Positions 1-10,881 of a stretch of 32,064 nucleotides of DNA are shown here, in pieces. The notes beneath the pieces were generated by a model. It had not been told where the DNA came from and made no database searches. It saw only the letters and a list, made by a program, of their open reading frames with translations. The stretch's first letter is position 1. Each line of letters opens with the position of its first letter. This DNA comes from Rhizaria sp. SCN 62-66 (Eukaryota), in assembly GCA_001724265.1 (NCBI GenBank), contig MEDY01000377.1, positions 1-32,064 on the forward strand. The letters are read 5' to 3'. Made by a program: the position numbers and the translations under genes.

Positions 1-1438
1 GCCGCCGCGGCTTCGGCCTCAAGCACTGCGCGACGCACGTTCTTCTTCTTGGGCGCCGCCGCCGCCGCAGTCACCGTCGCCGTCGCCGTGCCTGCGGCGG
101 CGGCGCTGGCGACGGCGGCCTTGGCGTCCGCGGCGGCGGCGCGCGCGGCCTTGAGCGCCGCCCCGAGCCGTCCCAGCGCGCCCGCGAGCGTTTCACCTGG
201 CTGCAGCAGCGGCAGCGCGGGCCGCAACGCCGCCAGCACCTCGCGCGGGCCCGCCACGGCGCCGGCGTCCAGCGCGGCCCACCGCGCCGCGTGCGCGGTC
301 GCCGCAGCGCTCGCGCCGGCGTTGCTGGTCGTGTTGTCGCTCCTGGCGCCACTGTTGTTGTCGTCGCCGTCGAACTCGCCGTCGACGCCGGTGCCCGCAG
401 CTTGCTCGCGGACCAGGTCGACGAAAAAGGCGTCCTCGCGCTCCAGCGCCCGCAGTGCGCGCTCGGAGAGCTCGCCCGCAACCGAGTAGGAGCCGTCGGC
501 GGCGCTGAAGTCGCCTCGCAGCTTCTGGAACGAGTCGAATACCTCGCCGGCTGACGAAGCAAGTAACAGAATGTGTGACATGTCAATGAAGTGTGAGCGA
601 AAATAAGCAATTTTTAATATTAGATATAGTATACTTCAATATTAGATCATTATGCAAAGTAATAAAGCGTTATATCCGTACCTTTCTTGTCGAACACACT
701 GGCGATCTTGTCCTGCCTCTGCTTGGCCTCGGCGGCCGCCTGCTGCGCGCGCGCGCGCACGCCCGCGTCGTTGTCGGCGCGCTGCGCCGAGTTGCGCAGC
801 GCGTCGCCGCCGCCCAGCTGCGTCTCAGCCAGCTTCTGCCGCTGCCGCTGCAGCCGCTCGGCAGCCGCAGCCTTGGCAGCTCCACTCTCATCCTCTTCTT
901 CTTCATTATTATCGTTGTCGTTGTCGTCACGCATTGTAGCGGAACTGGAGCGCGCGCGGGCGCCGCCAGGCCGGCCGCGGAGGTTGTCCTCCTCCTCGTT
1001 GTCGCCGTCCTCGTCGTCGTCGAGCACAATGCCCTGCTGCCGCAGCTTGGCCTGGAACACCAGCTCCTTATCCTTGCTCCCGCTCTTTGTGTCAGAGGCG
1101 TCGTGGGCGTTCTTGGCCTTGCGGAGCCCGTCACCGTCCTCGTTGTCGTCGTCATCATCATCGTTATCGCTGGCGCCGCCGCCGCGCACGTCGTCATCCG
1201 AGTTGGCGCCGCCGACGGGGCCCGCGAAGTCGGGGATCATTGCCCCAAGCGACACGTTAGCAGCCGCAGCAGCAGCAGCGGAATCAGCGCCTGCACCGCT
1301 TACAGCGCCATTGGAGAGGTGCACAGAGGACACGGGGGCACGCTTAGTAATAGGGCCGAACATGTCATCGTCGTCAACCGACCCAGAACCACCAGCCGCG
1401 GGCGCAGCGCCTTCGTGGGGACGTTTCATTTGCGACAT
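1..1438 (-). CDS. CD2BP2/U5-52K/Lin1-like spliceosomal protein (3' end outside window); exons 1438-682 and 550-<1
   Basis: ATG at 1438 (MSQMKRPH) leads into an acidic N-terminus. Removing the GT-AG intron 681-551 gives an open frame with ...GEVFDSFQKLRGDFSAADGSY...EDAFFVDL...LLQPGETLAGALGRLG...PKKKNVRR. These resemble the CD2BP2/Lin1 motifs 'F....GHFDADGNY', 'DSWLD' and 'L.PGETV..ALRRLG'. The C-terminal GYF domain would lie outside the window. An acceptor-like CACAG ending at 1445 may indicate an upstream exon. Confidence 0.6.
551..681 (-). other. spliceosomal intron, 131 nt
   Basis: AAAG|GTACGG...TTCGTCAG|CC; AT-rich; removal keeps the frame (G+CC = Ala). Confidence 0.85.
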
Positions 1439-1846
1439 CGCTCCCTGTGCACGGGCGAGAACAGAAGAAATGGAGTGCAATGTAATTAAGACAAGATCGC
1501 AGAATAGAAAGTTAAAAAAACAATAATAAAAAAGATATGTAAGCATGACAAGCTCCCAGCAGCCGTATTGACGATCACAGTAGTTCAAGATCTTTCGACA
1601 AAGTTAGCAAACAGAGGGTCACGGTCAGTACAGAGCGAGCCGTTGCTTGCTCGAGAACAGTTTGTGGTCACGTAACAGAAAGTAGCCAGATGTCACGCAT
1701 AATGAAATGGAAACTCTTAAAATAGAAGAAAGATGTATTACAACTCTGAATTAATTAGACTCTCGAAAAAATACTCCAACCTTTTTATAAACTAAACGAA
1801 TCATACGTATCACTAGAACCAACAATGCTTCTTTGCTGTGCTCACT

Positions 1847-4800
1847 TTACTTGTTGTTTTTGTTGTTGCCGGCGTTGCCGTTGCCGTTGCCGGCGTTGCA
1901 GCCCGCGAGTACGACCTCGGCCACGGTGCCGGTGGCAAAGAGCCGCGCGACGGACTGGCGGATGGCTGCGGAGCCGTGCTCCATGAGCTCGACGATGGGC
2001 CCGTAGAAGGTGCCGACGAAGAGCAGCGTCTCGCTGCGGTGCAGGCGCGGGAGCGCGTCGAGCAGCGCGACAACGACGGCGTCGAGGCAGCGGCGGCCGT
2101 GCTCCTCCTTCTCCTTGCTCTTGGCGACGTAAAGGGGCAGCACGTGCCGCGTCAGGTGCAGCATGCGCGCCAGCATGTCCTGCTTGACGGCGTCGAAGTC
2201 CTGCTCCACGCTGCCCGCCGCGCGCAGCAGCTCCTCCTTGACCGCCAGCGCCACGCTCACGCTGCTGCTGCTGGTATTCGCGCTGTTCGCGCCCGCGGTG
2301 TTCGCGCTCTCGCGAGGGTCGTGGCGGAAGCGGCGGATGAGGAGCTGCGCGTAGAGCTGCAGTGCGTGCGACTCGTGGAAGAAGAGCTCGGGCGGGAAAG
2401 CCTGCTTGTCGCGCAGGAAGCCGGCGAGCCAGAGCGTCGTGCGCAGCGCAGGGTCCGAGTTGAAGGCGCGCGCGAAGTCGATCGACAGCAACAGGATGTC
2501 CATGAAGGCCGCCAGGTGCGAGTCGCCGAAGCGGAAGGGGCCCGCGGGCGGGCGCCCGTCGTCGCGCTGAGCCGCCGAGGCCGGGGGCGCCGCGGCAATC
2601 GCGGCGGCGGCGGCGGCGGCGGCCGGGTCGCCCGCGGCAGCCGCGGCGGCGGTGTCGGCGGCCGAGAGGCGCGGGAGGAAGACGCAGTTGTTGGCTACGA
2701 TGCCAAAGAGCGCGTCCATGAGCACAAGCTGGACCTTGCACTTGGTGACAAGCGCGGACATGTCGAAGCACACGCGCCGCGGAAAGGTCGGCACCGAGGG
2801 GAAGAGTGACTGCTGCATCGCCGTCTCCACGTCCTGCTCGTTGTCGTCGGCGTGGTCGTTCTCGGCGTCCTCGGCGTCGTCGGCATCCTCGTCGGCGTCG
2901 GACTCGGAGCCAGACTCGGGCTCGGCCTCGGCGTCAGCCTCAGCCTCGGGCTTGGCCTCTGCAGCAGCCGTAGCGGAGTCGTTGCTGTTGCTGTTGTTGT
3001 TGTCATCAGCCTTGGCTTCATCCTTAGCATCAGCAGCCTCAGCAACCTTGGCGCTCTTGGCACCGGCCTTCTTGCCCTTGCCACCCTTGCTGCCGCTCTT
3101 GCCCTTGCTCTGCTTGGTCTTGGCCTTGAACGGGGTGTTGGAGGTCAGCGGCACGGCCGAGTCGGGCCCCGGGTAAATGGGGAACTGCCGGTCGCGCAGC
3201 ACCGCGCTCACAGCCATCGGCACACCCGCGGCGCCGTCGTTGGCCTTGGAGCCACTCTTAGCGGCGGAGCTAGCGGTGGAGCTGTTGTGGCCGCCGCCGA
3301 CGAGGGGCACGAAGGGCTCGGCGGGCGCGCGCAACCCGAGCAGCCCGCGCGTGCGCGTGCACACGAGGTCGAGCGGGAGCGCGGCGGCGAAGACCGCGTG
3401 CAGCACCGTCAGCACGACGGTCCAGTCGGCCGGGGCCAGCGAGGGGCCCGCCGTGTTGAGCAGACGCACCCAGCACTTGACGCCGATGCGTGCGAGCTCC
3501 TCGCCGTGCTGGGCCACGCAGCGGCCCAGCAGCTCCAGCAGCTCCGGCAGCGCGAAGCCGCAGACCGAGTGGAAGCGCGAGAAGAGCTCCACCACCGTCT
3601 GCAGCGTCGCCAGGCACGTAGTCTGCAGCCACACGGGCTCGGGGGTCGCCAACACGAAGCCTCTCGCGCTCGCGCCAGAGACGCTGACGCCGGCAGCGCC
3701 GGCCGCAGCACTCTTGGCGGCCTTGGCGTTGCTTGAGGCGTTGCTCGGGGGGAACTTGAACTTGGCGAGCGTGGTCGGCAGCCCGGGGCCGCCGTGCGGC
3801 ACAGCGGCCGCGGCCTGCAGCACCGCCGCCGCGGCGGCCGCGATGGCGTACTGCGGCGGCTGCGGCAGCGGCACGGGGGCCAGCGCCGCGGCCGCGGTGC
3901 CCTCGCCCTGGAGCCGCGCCACGACGGCCAGGTACGCCGCCTCGGCCACGGCCACGCTCGCGGGGGCGGTGCCGGAGCCCGCGCCGGCGGCGGCAACGGC
4001 GGCGGCGGTCGCGCTGGAGCTGGCAGCGTTGGCAGCGGCAGCGATGGCGGCGGCGTTGCTGGCGGCCTCGGCGGCGTCTGCGAACTGGACGAGCGCGAGC
4101 GGGTCCGGCGCGTTGCGCACGGCCGACACGGCGCTGGTCTCGGCGCCCGCGGCGGAGGCCTTGGTGGCGAGCACAGCGGCGAGCACGGCGACGCCCTGGC
4201 CGGGGTGCAGCGCGTCGTCGAGCACCGGCAGCAGCACGCCGCGGAAGAGCAGCAGCCACACGGCCGGCGCGAAGAGCGCGCCGTGGATGCGCAGCACGCG
4301 GAACAGCGTCTGCAGCGCCTTGGTGCGCACCTCCAGCCGCGGGTCGCCGATCAGCCGCGCGAGCCCGGCCAGGATCAGCACCCACTGGCGCAGCAGCGGC
4401 TCCTGCGCCGGGACGCACGGAACACATGCTCCAGCAGTACCGGAGGCGGAGTCGCCGCCGGTGACGACGGCAGCGCTGTTGGCGTTGGCGTTGCTGTTGC
4501 TGGCGACGGCGGCGGCGGCGGCGGCCTCGGGCAGCTCGAGCAGCGAGACGGGCACGGTGGAGAGGTACTGCGCGGTGCGGCCCAGATGGTCCAGCGCCTC
4601 GAGGCTCGTGTCGGGGAAGCGCGTGTTGGCGGCGAAGGCGATGAGCGCCGTGATGCACTGTTCCAGCGCGGGGTGCGCGGGCGCCGTGACCAGCGGGAAG
4701 TGCTGCGAGAGGATGTGCTCGACGAGGCGGAACGCCGCGGTGACCAGCGCCTGCGTGTGGTCGCGCGCCGCTGCAGCGATCACGGTGAAGAGCTTCGGCC

Positions 4801-7800
4801 AGCCCGACTGGATGGCGTCCTTGCGCGCAGCCAGGACCTGCGAGAGACACTGCAGCGTCAGCTCGCGCACCTCAGCAGAGTGCTGAAAGCGCAGGATCGC
4901 CTCGAAGGGGCGCAGCAGCACAGACTAAAGAAACGAGCGAGTATCGAGAAGACAAGAGAACATAATTGAAGGGACTTTGTGAGTGATACGAAATTAAGCG
5001 AAATAACAGCTGAAAGATCTTTTCATAAGTTTCAAATATGAGATCCTGAGCGAGATCTCCTTGTTCAAAGTTAGGTCCGTACCTGGCAGCGCGCGGCGAC
5101 GAGCTCTGGGCGCTCGAGGAACTTGTGGACGAGCTGGCGCAGCGCGTCGATGGCGTACATGGCGACCTGCTGGTGCGGGTGGCAGCCGGCGCGCGAGAAG
5201 AAGTCCGCGATGACGACCCAGAGGCGCTGCCACACGGGGATAGGCCGCGTGATGTTGTAGTAAACGACCTCGAGCATCTTCTGCACGGCGAAGACGCGCG
5301 GCGTGCCGCCCGAGTAGAGCTCCGTCTCGGCGACCGTGCGCAGCGCCTCGAAGAACTGCTCCACGGCGTCAGCCGACAGCGTGGCTGACTGCGTGAACAC
5401 GCGCTCGATCTGCGTCACGTCGATGCCCTTGACCACCGCCTGCGACGTCGAGACCTGCAAGAATGTCGTAAAGAGAGGGATTATTGTTGTGAGAAGAAAC
5501 ATCGAGACATGAGAAATTGAAGAAGGGCTTTCGTAGGATTTCAGGAAAGAACAAGAAAAACTATTATTGTAATTGTGAACATTATTTGTTAAAAATCAAT
5601 ATATAAGTCGACATACCTGCGCGTCGCGCTGGGGCCCCGCCTCTTGGCGGAAGGTGCTGATCCGTCCGCCGCTGATGCCGACCTCGGACACGAATGCCGC
5701 CGACGACACGCCGCTGGCGAGCTCGGCGCCGACCGCAGCGAGCTGGCCCGTGACGGCTGCGGCGGCCGCGGCGGCGGCGGCCTTGCCCGCGGCGGCGAAG
5801 GGCCCGTCGGCGAGCCGCGCCCCGGCCACGCCGGCGCCCGCGAGCGACGAGTGCGCGGGCAGAGACATCGAGCCGCGGCGCACGGGCGCGTCCGCAGCGC
5901 TGGCGCCGCCGGCGCCGCCCTCGCCCGCGGCGCCGGGGCCGGCGGCGGCGCTGGTGATGGCGGAGACGGTGCCGGCGGCCTCGGGGGACTGCGGCGCCAC
6001 CAGCGCAGGGACCGGGCCCGCGCCGGCGCCGGCGCTGCCGGCAGCAGCGCTCGCGGCGGCGGCGTTGGCCGCGGCGGCGGCGGCGGCCATGGCGAAGACG
6101 CCGCCGGGGGCGGACGCGGCGCCGTTGGCGGCGGCGGCGGCGGCGGGCGCGATGACGAAGACGTCGCCGCCCGCGGAGCCGGCGCGCGCGATCATCTGCA
6201 GGCACTCAAACTCGCTGACACACATGAGCACCTCGGCCCAGGAGCCGCGGAGGTAGTTGCCCTCGGTGTGCGCGATGCGCAGCAGCACGCGGATGGCCTC
6301 GACGTTCTTAGGCTTGAGCTCGCGCGCTGTGCCCAGCAGTGTGACCTTGGCCAGCGAATTGATCAGCGCGGTCCGCGCGACGTCCAGGTGGAACATGCAC
6401 GCGATGCGCACGCCATAGCGGTAGCCGTCGAGGCACAGCTGCGACACGCGCTTGTCGTCGCTCTCCTCGAGCACCACGGAGAAGGTCGCCGCGGCCGTGG
6501 GCCAGACGATCTCGAAGAGCAGAGGGACGACCTCGATGTCGTCGGCCGTCGTCGTGAAGAAGACGAGCTCCTCGCAGTCGGCCAGGTGCGCGCGCTCCAC
6601 GGCGCTCTCGGACATGCGGAAGCGCGCCGCGATGGCCGCGAGCGTGGGCGATACCTCGAGCAGCGCGCCCGCGGGTTTGCCCTGCGCCGCGGCCTCGGCC
6701 TCGAGCCGCGTGCGCAGGCAGCGCAGCTTGGACCGCGTGCGCTCCTGCATCGCGCGCACCAGCGCGGGGGCCTCGCGCACGAAGGACGCCAGGCGCTTGC
6801 GCGGCGGCAGCAGCGACGCCGCCTTGCGGTCCTGCTCCAGCGCGCGGATCTCGTTCGTCGTCACGCGGTCGTAGACTTCGCTGAGGTAGGCGTGGTTGAT
6901 GTCCTTGCCGTTGTCGATGCCGCGCAGGTTCCGGATGAACTCCTCCTTGGACATCTTCTTCGGCACCTTGGAGTTGTGCGCGTCCGTGTGCAGCATCACC
7001 ACCGAGAACGTCACGATGAAAACCACCTCGGCCGTCGCAAACACGTGCGGGTTGTCCGCGTGATATTTGCCAGCAAACCTAGAGACGCAGAAGACACGAG
7101 TGAAAAAGTAAGCATAGATGAGAAAAATTATCAAAAATAATCAAGTTTGAATAATTTTAGTTTGAGTCAGAAAATACTTAAAATGAAAATTATTCAATGA
7201 TTCAATGATATCAAAACTATCTGTCGTACCTTTCCATGATGCGGTCGATCATCTGCGACTCACGCGGGAGGTCGAAGGACTGGAGGAACTTGCGCAGCGC
7301 GTCGTCGAGCATAAGTCCCGAGAAGTCCTGCAGCTGCGCGTACTCGGTCACCACGGCCTGCGCGAACGGATCGTTGAGCCCAAAGTAGTGCCCGATCTCG
7401 CCCTTGTCGACGCCGGGCGTCTCGAACAGACACCGCGCCACGGTCGCCGGGTTGCGCTCCAGCAGGTTGTGTGCGAAGATGAACTCAATGCCCTTCTTGA
7501 AACCGGCGTTGAACTTGGCCAGCCCGGCGTCGAGGTTGCGTTTGCGAGACGTGGCCTGTTCGCGCAGCGCGCGCCGCGCTTCGGCCTCGGGCCAGTGCAC
7601 CGCGCAGCCGGGCGGCGAGGGGTCGATCAGCCCGGCGGCGTCGGCCGTGACCGAGGAGCCGAAGACGCCCGCCAGTGCGGCCGCGCCCGCGGGCGTGTCG
7701 AGCCGCCGCGGCATGACCGTCTCGTAGACGCCGTCGTCGCGGTCCAGCGGGTTCCCCGCCGCAGAGGCGTGCTTGAGCGCGCGGAGCGCCTCGACGTCGT

Positions 7801-9977
7801 CGGCGTCGAGCCCCGAGGCGGCGAGCGCGCGCTCGGCCGCGGCCGCAGGACCGGCCAGGGCGTCGCGCGACCAGACGACGAGCGAGCGCATCGTCGAGTT
7901 GAGCCCCTCGAGCGCGAGCACGTGGATCTGCGCCTCCTGCTCGGCCGTGATCCAGGACTCCTGCGCGAAGCGCGTGCGCGCGGCGCGCTGCAACGCGTGC
8001 GTGGTAGCGCGGAAGAGGTCCAGCGCAGCGGGGTCGGCGTCGTAGTTGAGGAAGATGTCGACGACCAGCTGGTGGTCGCGTAGCATGCTCACGATGATGT
8101 CCAGCGCCGTCATCTTGTGGTCGAAGGACGAGTTCGGGTGCGCCAGCACCTCGAGCACCACCGAACCCATGAAAGAACTGATCTCCAGCTTCACGTGGGG
8201 ACGGTAGTCCTGGGTCACATTAGGCAAGAAACAAAATATATTGTTTGTTATATAGGTGGTTTGTGAAAATATCATGTGAAATTTAAATAAAAAACAAAAA
8301 TATAGGTGTAAATATGATAAGGTATGTCAAAATAAGCATTGTTTTAATCGATAAGTATTCTTTTCGTACCTGGATGACGGCGGTCCAGAGCGCGGCGGCG
8401 AGGCGGAAGACGTCCTCGACGGGGGCCGTGAGGTTCAGCGCGAGCGAGGGCACCAGCTCCTCGCGGATCAGCGCCACGAAGGGCACGGCCGAGCAGAGCA
8501 CGGGGCCGGGCGCGCGCAGCACCGAGAGCAGCAGCTCCAGCGAGAGCACCTTAGAGCGCTGCGCGATCGGCTCCGGCGGCTCCGAGAGGGGCTTGGCCGA
8601 GAGCTTGCAGAGCGCGCGCAGGATCTGGTACGCGTCGGTCTGCAGCAGCAGCAGGCGCGCCGCCATGCGCTGCCGCGCCGCCGCCGAGTCCAACACCTGC
8701 ACCTGCGACGCCTCCGCAGACGGAGCCTGCGATTGGGATTGCTGGCCGTCGGCATGAGACTCGCTGGGGGCAGCGGCAGTCGTCGACGCAGAAGTGTTGG
8801 TCGGGTGCTCCTGCTCGTTCTCGTGTTCATCGTTCTCGTCGTCGTCGTCGTCGTCGTCGAGCTTGGCGAGGTGGGCCGCAAGCGCCTCCATGCGCTGCAG
8901 CACCGTGTTGAGCATCTGCGTCAGTGTGGCGCGCGCCGTCGAGCGGTTCACCAGCGAACGCGACATGAGGTAGATGTGGTAGCACGCACGGACGGCGAGC
9001 AGCAGCGAGTGGTCGTGCGTGTGGCACGTCGAGCTGGTCACGAGCGTCACCAGGCAGATCATCACGTTGAGCTGCACCTGATCGTCGTCGTACATAGAGC
9101 ACTCGTAGACAGTCTCCACGACCACGTCGATGAGCCGCCGCGGCCGCATCAGCAGCCCGCTCGCCGCCGAAGACACGGCCGCCACGGCCGGCGCGGCGGG
9201 GGCCGCGGCAGAGGAAGAGGCGGCGGGGGCCGCAGCGACAGGGGCGGCGGCGGCGGCAGGGGCGGCGCTGCTGCTGCCGCCGGTCTCGTCGTCGTCGTCG
9301 CCGCCGAGCGCCGAGGCGGCGGCGGCGTCCGCAGCGTCGGCTGCGGCTGCGGCGGCTGCGGCGTCGGTGGCGGCCTCGGCAGCCTTGGCCGCCGCGACCT
9401 CGGCCTCGGAGCTGGCGGCGGCCGTCGCAGTCGCGGTCGCCGCAGCCGTCACGGGCGACGCGGGCGCGGACTCGGACGACGCAGCGGCGGCGGCGGCGGC
9501 GGCGGCGGCGGCAGCCTTGGCCTTCTGCTCTTTCTCGGTTTGCGCCGCCGCCGCAGCGGCCGCCGCAGCAGCAGCGGCGGCCGCAGCGGCCGCGGCCTGC
9601 GCGCGCGCCGTGCTCTTGCTGGTGACGGGCGGCGGGTAGACGGCGGGGTCGACGACCTCGTCGCCGGTGAGGTAGCCGTACGAAAGCAGCTTGTGGATGG
9701 CGCCCAGCGCGATGGCGCGCACCTTGGGCTTGTTCACCTCGCACGCGAGCTTCAGCGGCAGGAAGTACTTGTCCGCAACCGTGTCCACGGGCTGGCCCTT
9801 CTTGTAGCCCTCGTCCTGCTTCTGCAGCAGCTCCGTGACGCGCACGCACTCGGTGCGCAGCGGCTCCTGGCGCCGCGGGATGATCTTGAGGATGTTCGAC
9901 AGCGCCGGGAACAAGATGCCCGGCATCGACGAGTCGTCTTCATTCTGCAGCGAGCCGCGGAACAGGTTCAGAAACAT
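1847..9977 (-). CDS. BIG/Sec7-type large ARF guanine nucleotide exchange factor (DCB-HUS-Sec7-HDS); exons 9977-8370, 8209-7230, 7078-5617, 5454-5083, 4924-1847; about 2499 aa
   Basis: DCB motif FLPLKLACE..KPKVRAIALGAIHKLLSYG. HUS box IFLNYDAD. Sec7 domain with LDDALRKFLQSFDLPRESQMIDRIMERFAGKY (joined across an intron) and FSVVMLHTDAHN..VPKKMSKEEFIRNLRGIDNGKDI. HDS motifs LRGSWAEVL, IQSGW..LF.V, DPRLEVRTKALQTLF, WLQTTC, KCKVQL, FARAFNSD. The four introns join the exons in frame for a total of 7500 nt. Confidence 0.95.
4925..5082 (-). other. spliceosomal intron, 158 nt (ARF-GEF intron 4)
   Basis: CAG|GTACGG...CTTTAG|TCT; phase 0, joins ARCQ to SVLLRPF. Confidence 0.9.
5455..5616 (-). other. 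spliceosomal intron, 162 nt (ARF-GEF intron 3)
   Basis: CAG|GTATGT...TTGCAG|GTC; phase 0. Confidence 0.9.
7079..7229 (-). other. spliceosomal intron, 151 nt (ARF-GEF intron 2)
   Basis: AG|GTACGA...TCTCTAG|G; removal rebuilds the Sec7 motif IMERFAGKY. Confidence 0.95.
8210..8369 (-). other. spliceosomal intron, 160 nt (ARF-GEF intron 1)
   Basis: CAG|GTACGA...CCTAATGTGACCCAG|GAC; joins to DYRPHVKLEI. Confidence 0.9.
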
Positions 9978-10881
9978 CCTTGCGGCAACTCAAAGGCTCA
10001 GGCGAGAGCGGCGTGACTCGGAAGAAGAAAACAGAGTTGCGTTGGCGTCTGTTGTGTGTTGGGCGAGCTGACGCTTGCGCTTGCTTTGGCTCAGGCGCCG
10101 GGGGAGGGAGTTGAGGAGAAAACGAAAGGGGCCTGTCGATTGCGCGTGCGGGCAAGTAGGTGGGGAGTCGAGTGGGGAAGGAAAACGGGAGAACGGGGGT
10201 GAAATGGTGGAGCGAGTAAAGAGAGGAGAGGGTGGTGAGTCAGAGCTGTGGGTTTCAAGCAGATTTCAGCGCGTCAGAGGAACACCAGAGATAAAAATAG
10301 GATAATTCTAAGTAAAACAGTAGCTGAAATCATTGATGAAAACGGCTATGAACGCATAGATGCTTGAGCCAGGGTGTCGTGGCTAGAATTGGAATTTGTG
10401 GGCAAGGATGACGAGGCCAAAGGACAGATTTGAATCCGACTCACAATGAAGCAGGAGACAACGCATGGAACAGCTCAATTGATTTGCAATAGCTTCAAAA
10501 TAACCCGGCTTCATCAAGGAAAAAGTTAGACACTCCCATGCGTCTTGCTCGTCGTCAACAACCTCTGATTCTATTCCCCAACCTTTCGGCCGCGGGTCCG
10601 ACCGACTCTTGCTGCTGCTCGCGTCTAGTGGATGGACCGAAAAATGTGACCAAGCTCACAACTCTCTTCAAATGTCGAGCAAAAAACACACTGCTGAGCA
10701 CCGTGGCCTTTCCGTCTACAGATACACCGAACGAGCATTGGGGTTATTACGTGTTTTTAATTAGATAACTTGTTTTAGCAGTCACCAGAGTGCATATACC
10801 TGTGTATCTCACCCCCTCGACTTGAACTGCTTTTACTCTTTCTCTTGACGCCCACGCCAGTCGGTCCCTGTCGCGCGTCCC

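Noticed and set aside
49-9849. Many long antisense or off-frame ORFs (e.g. 593-1489+, 3177-4886+, 5644-7140+, 3270-4850-)
   Set aside because: They are shadows of GC-rich coding exons where stop codons are rare, and they carry no independent motifs.
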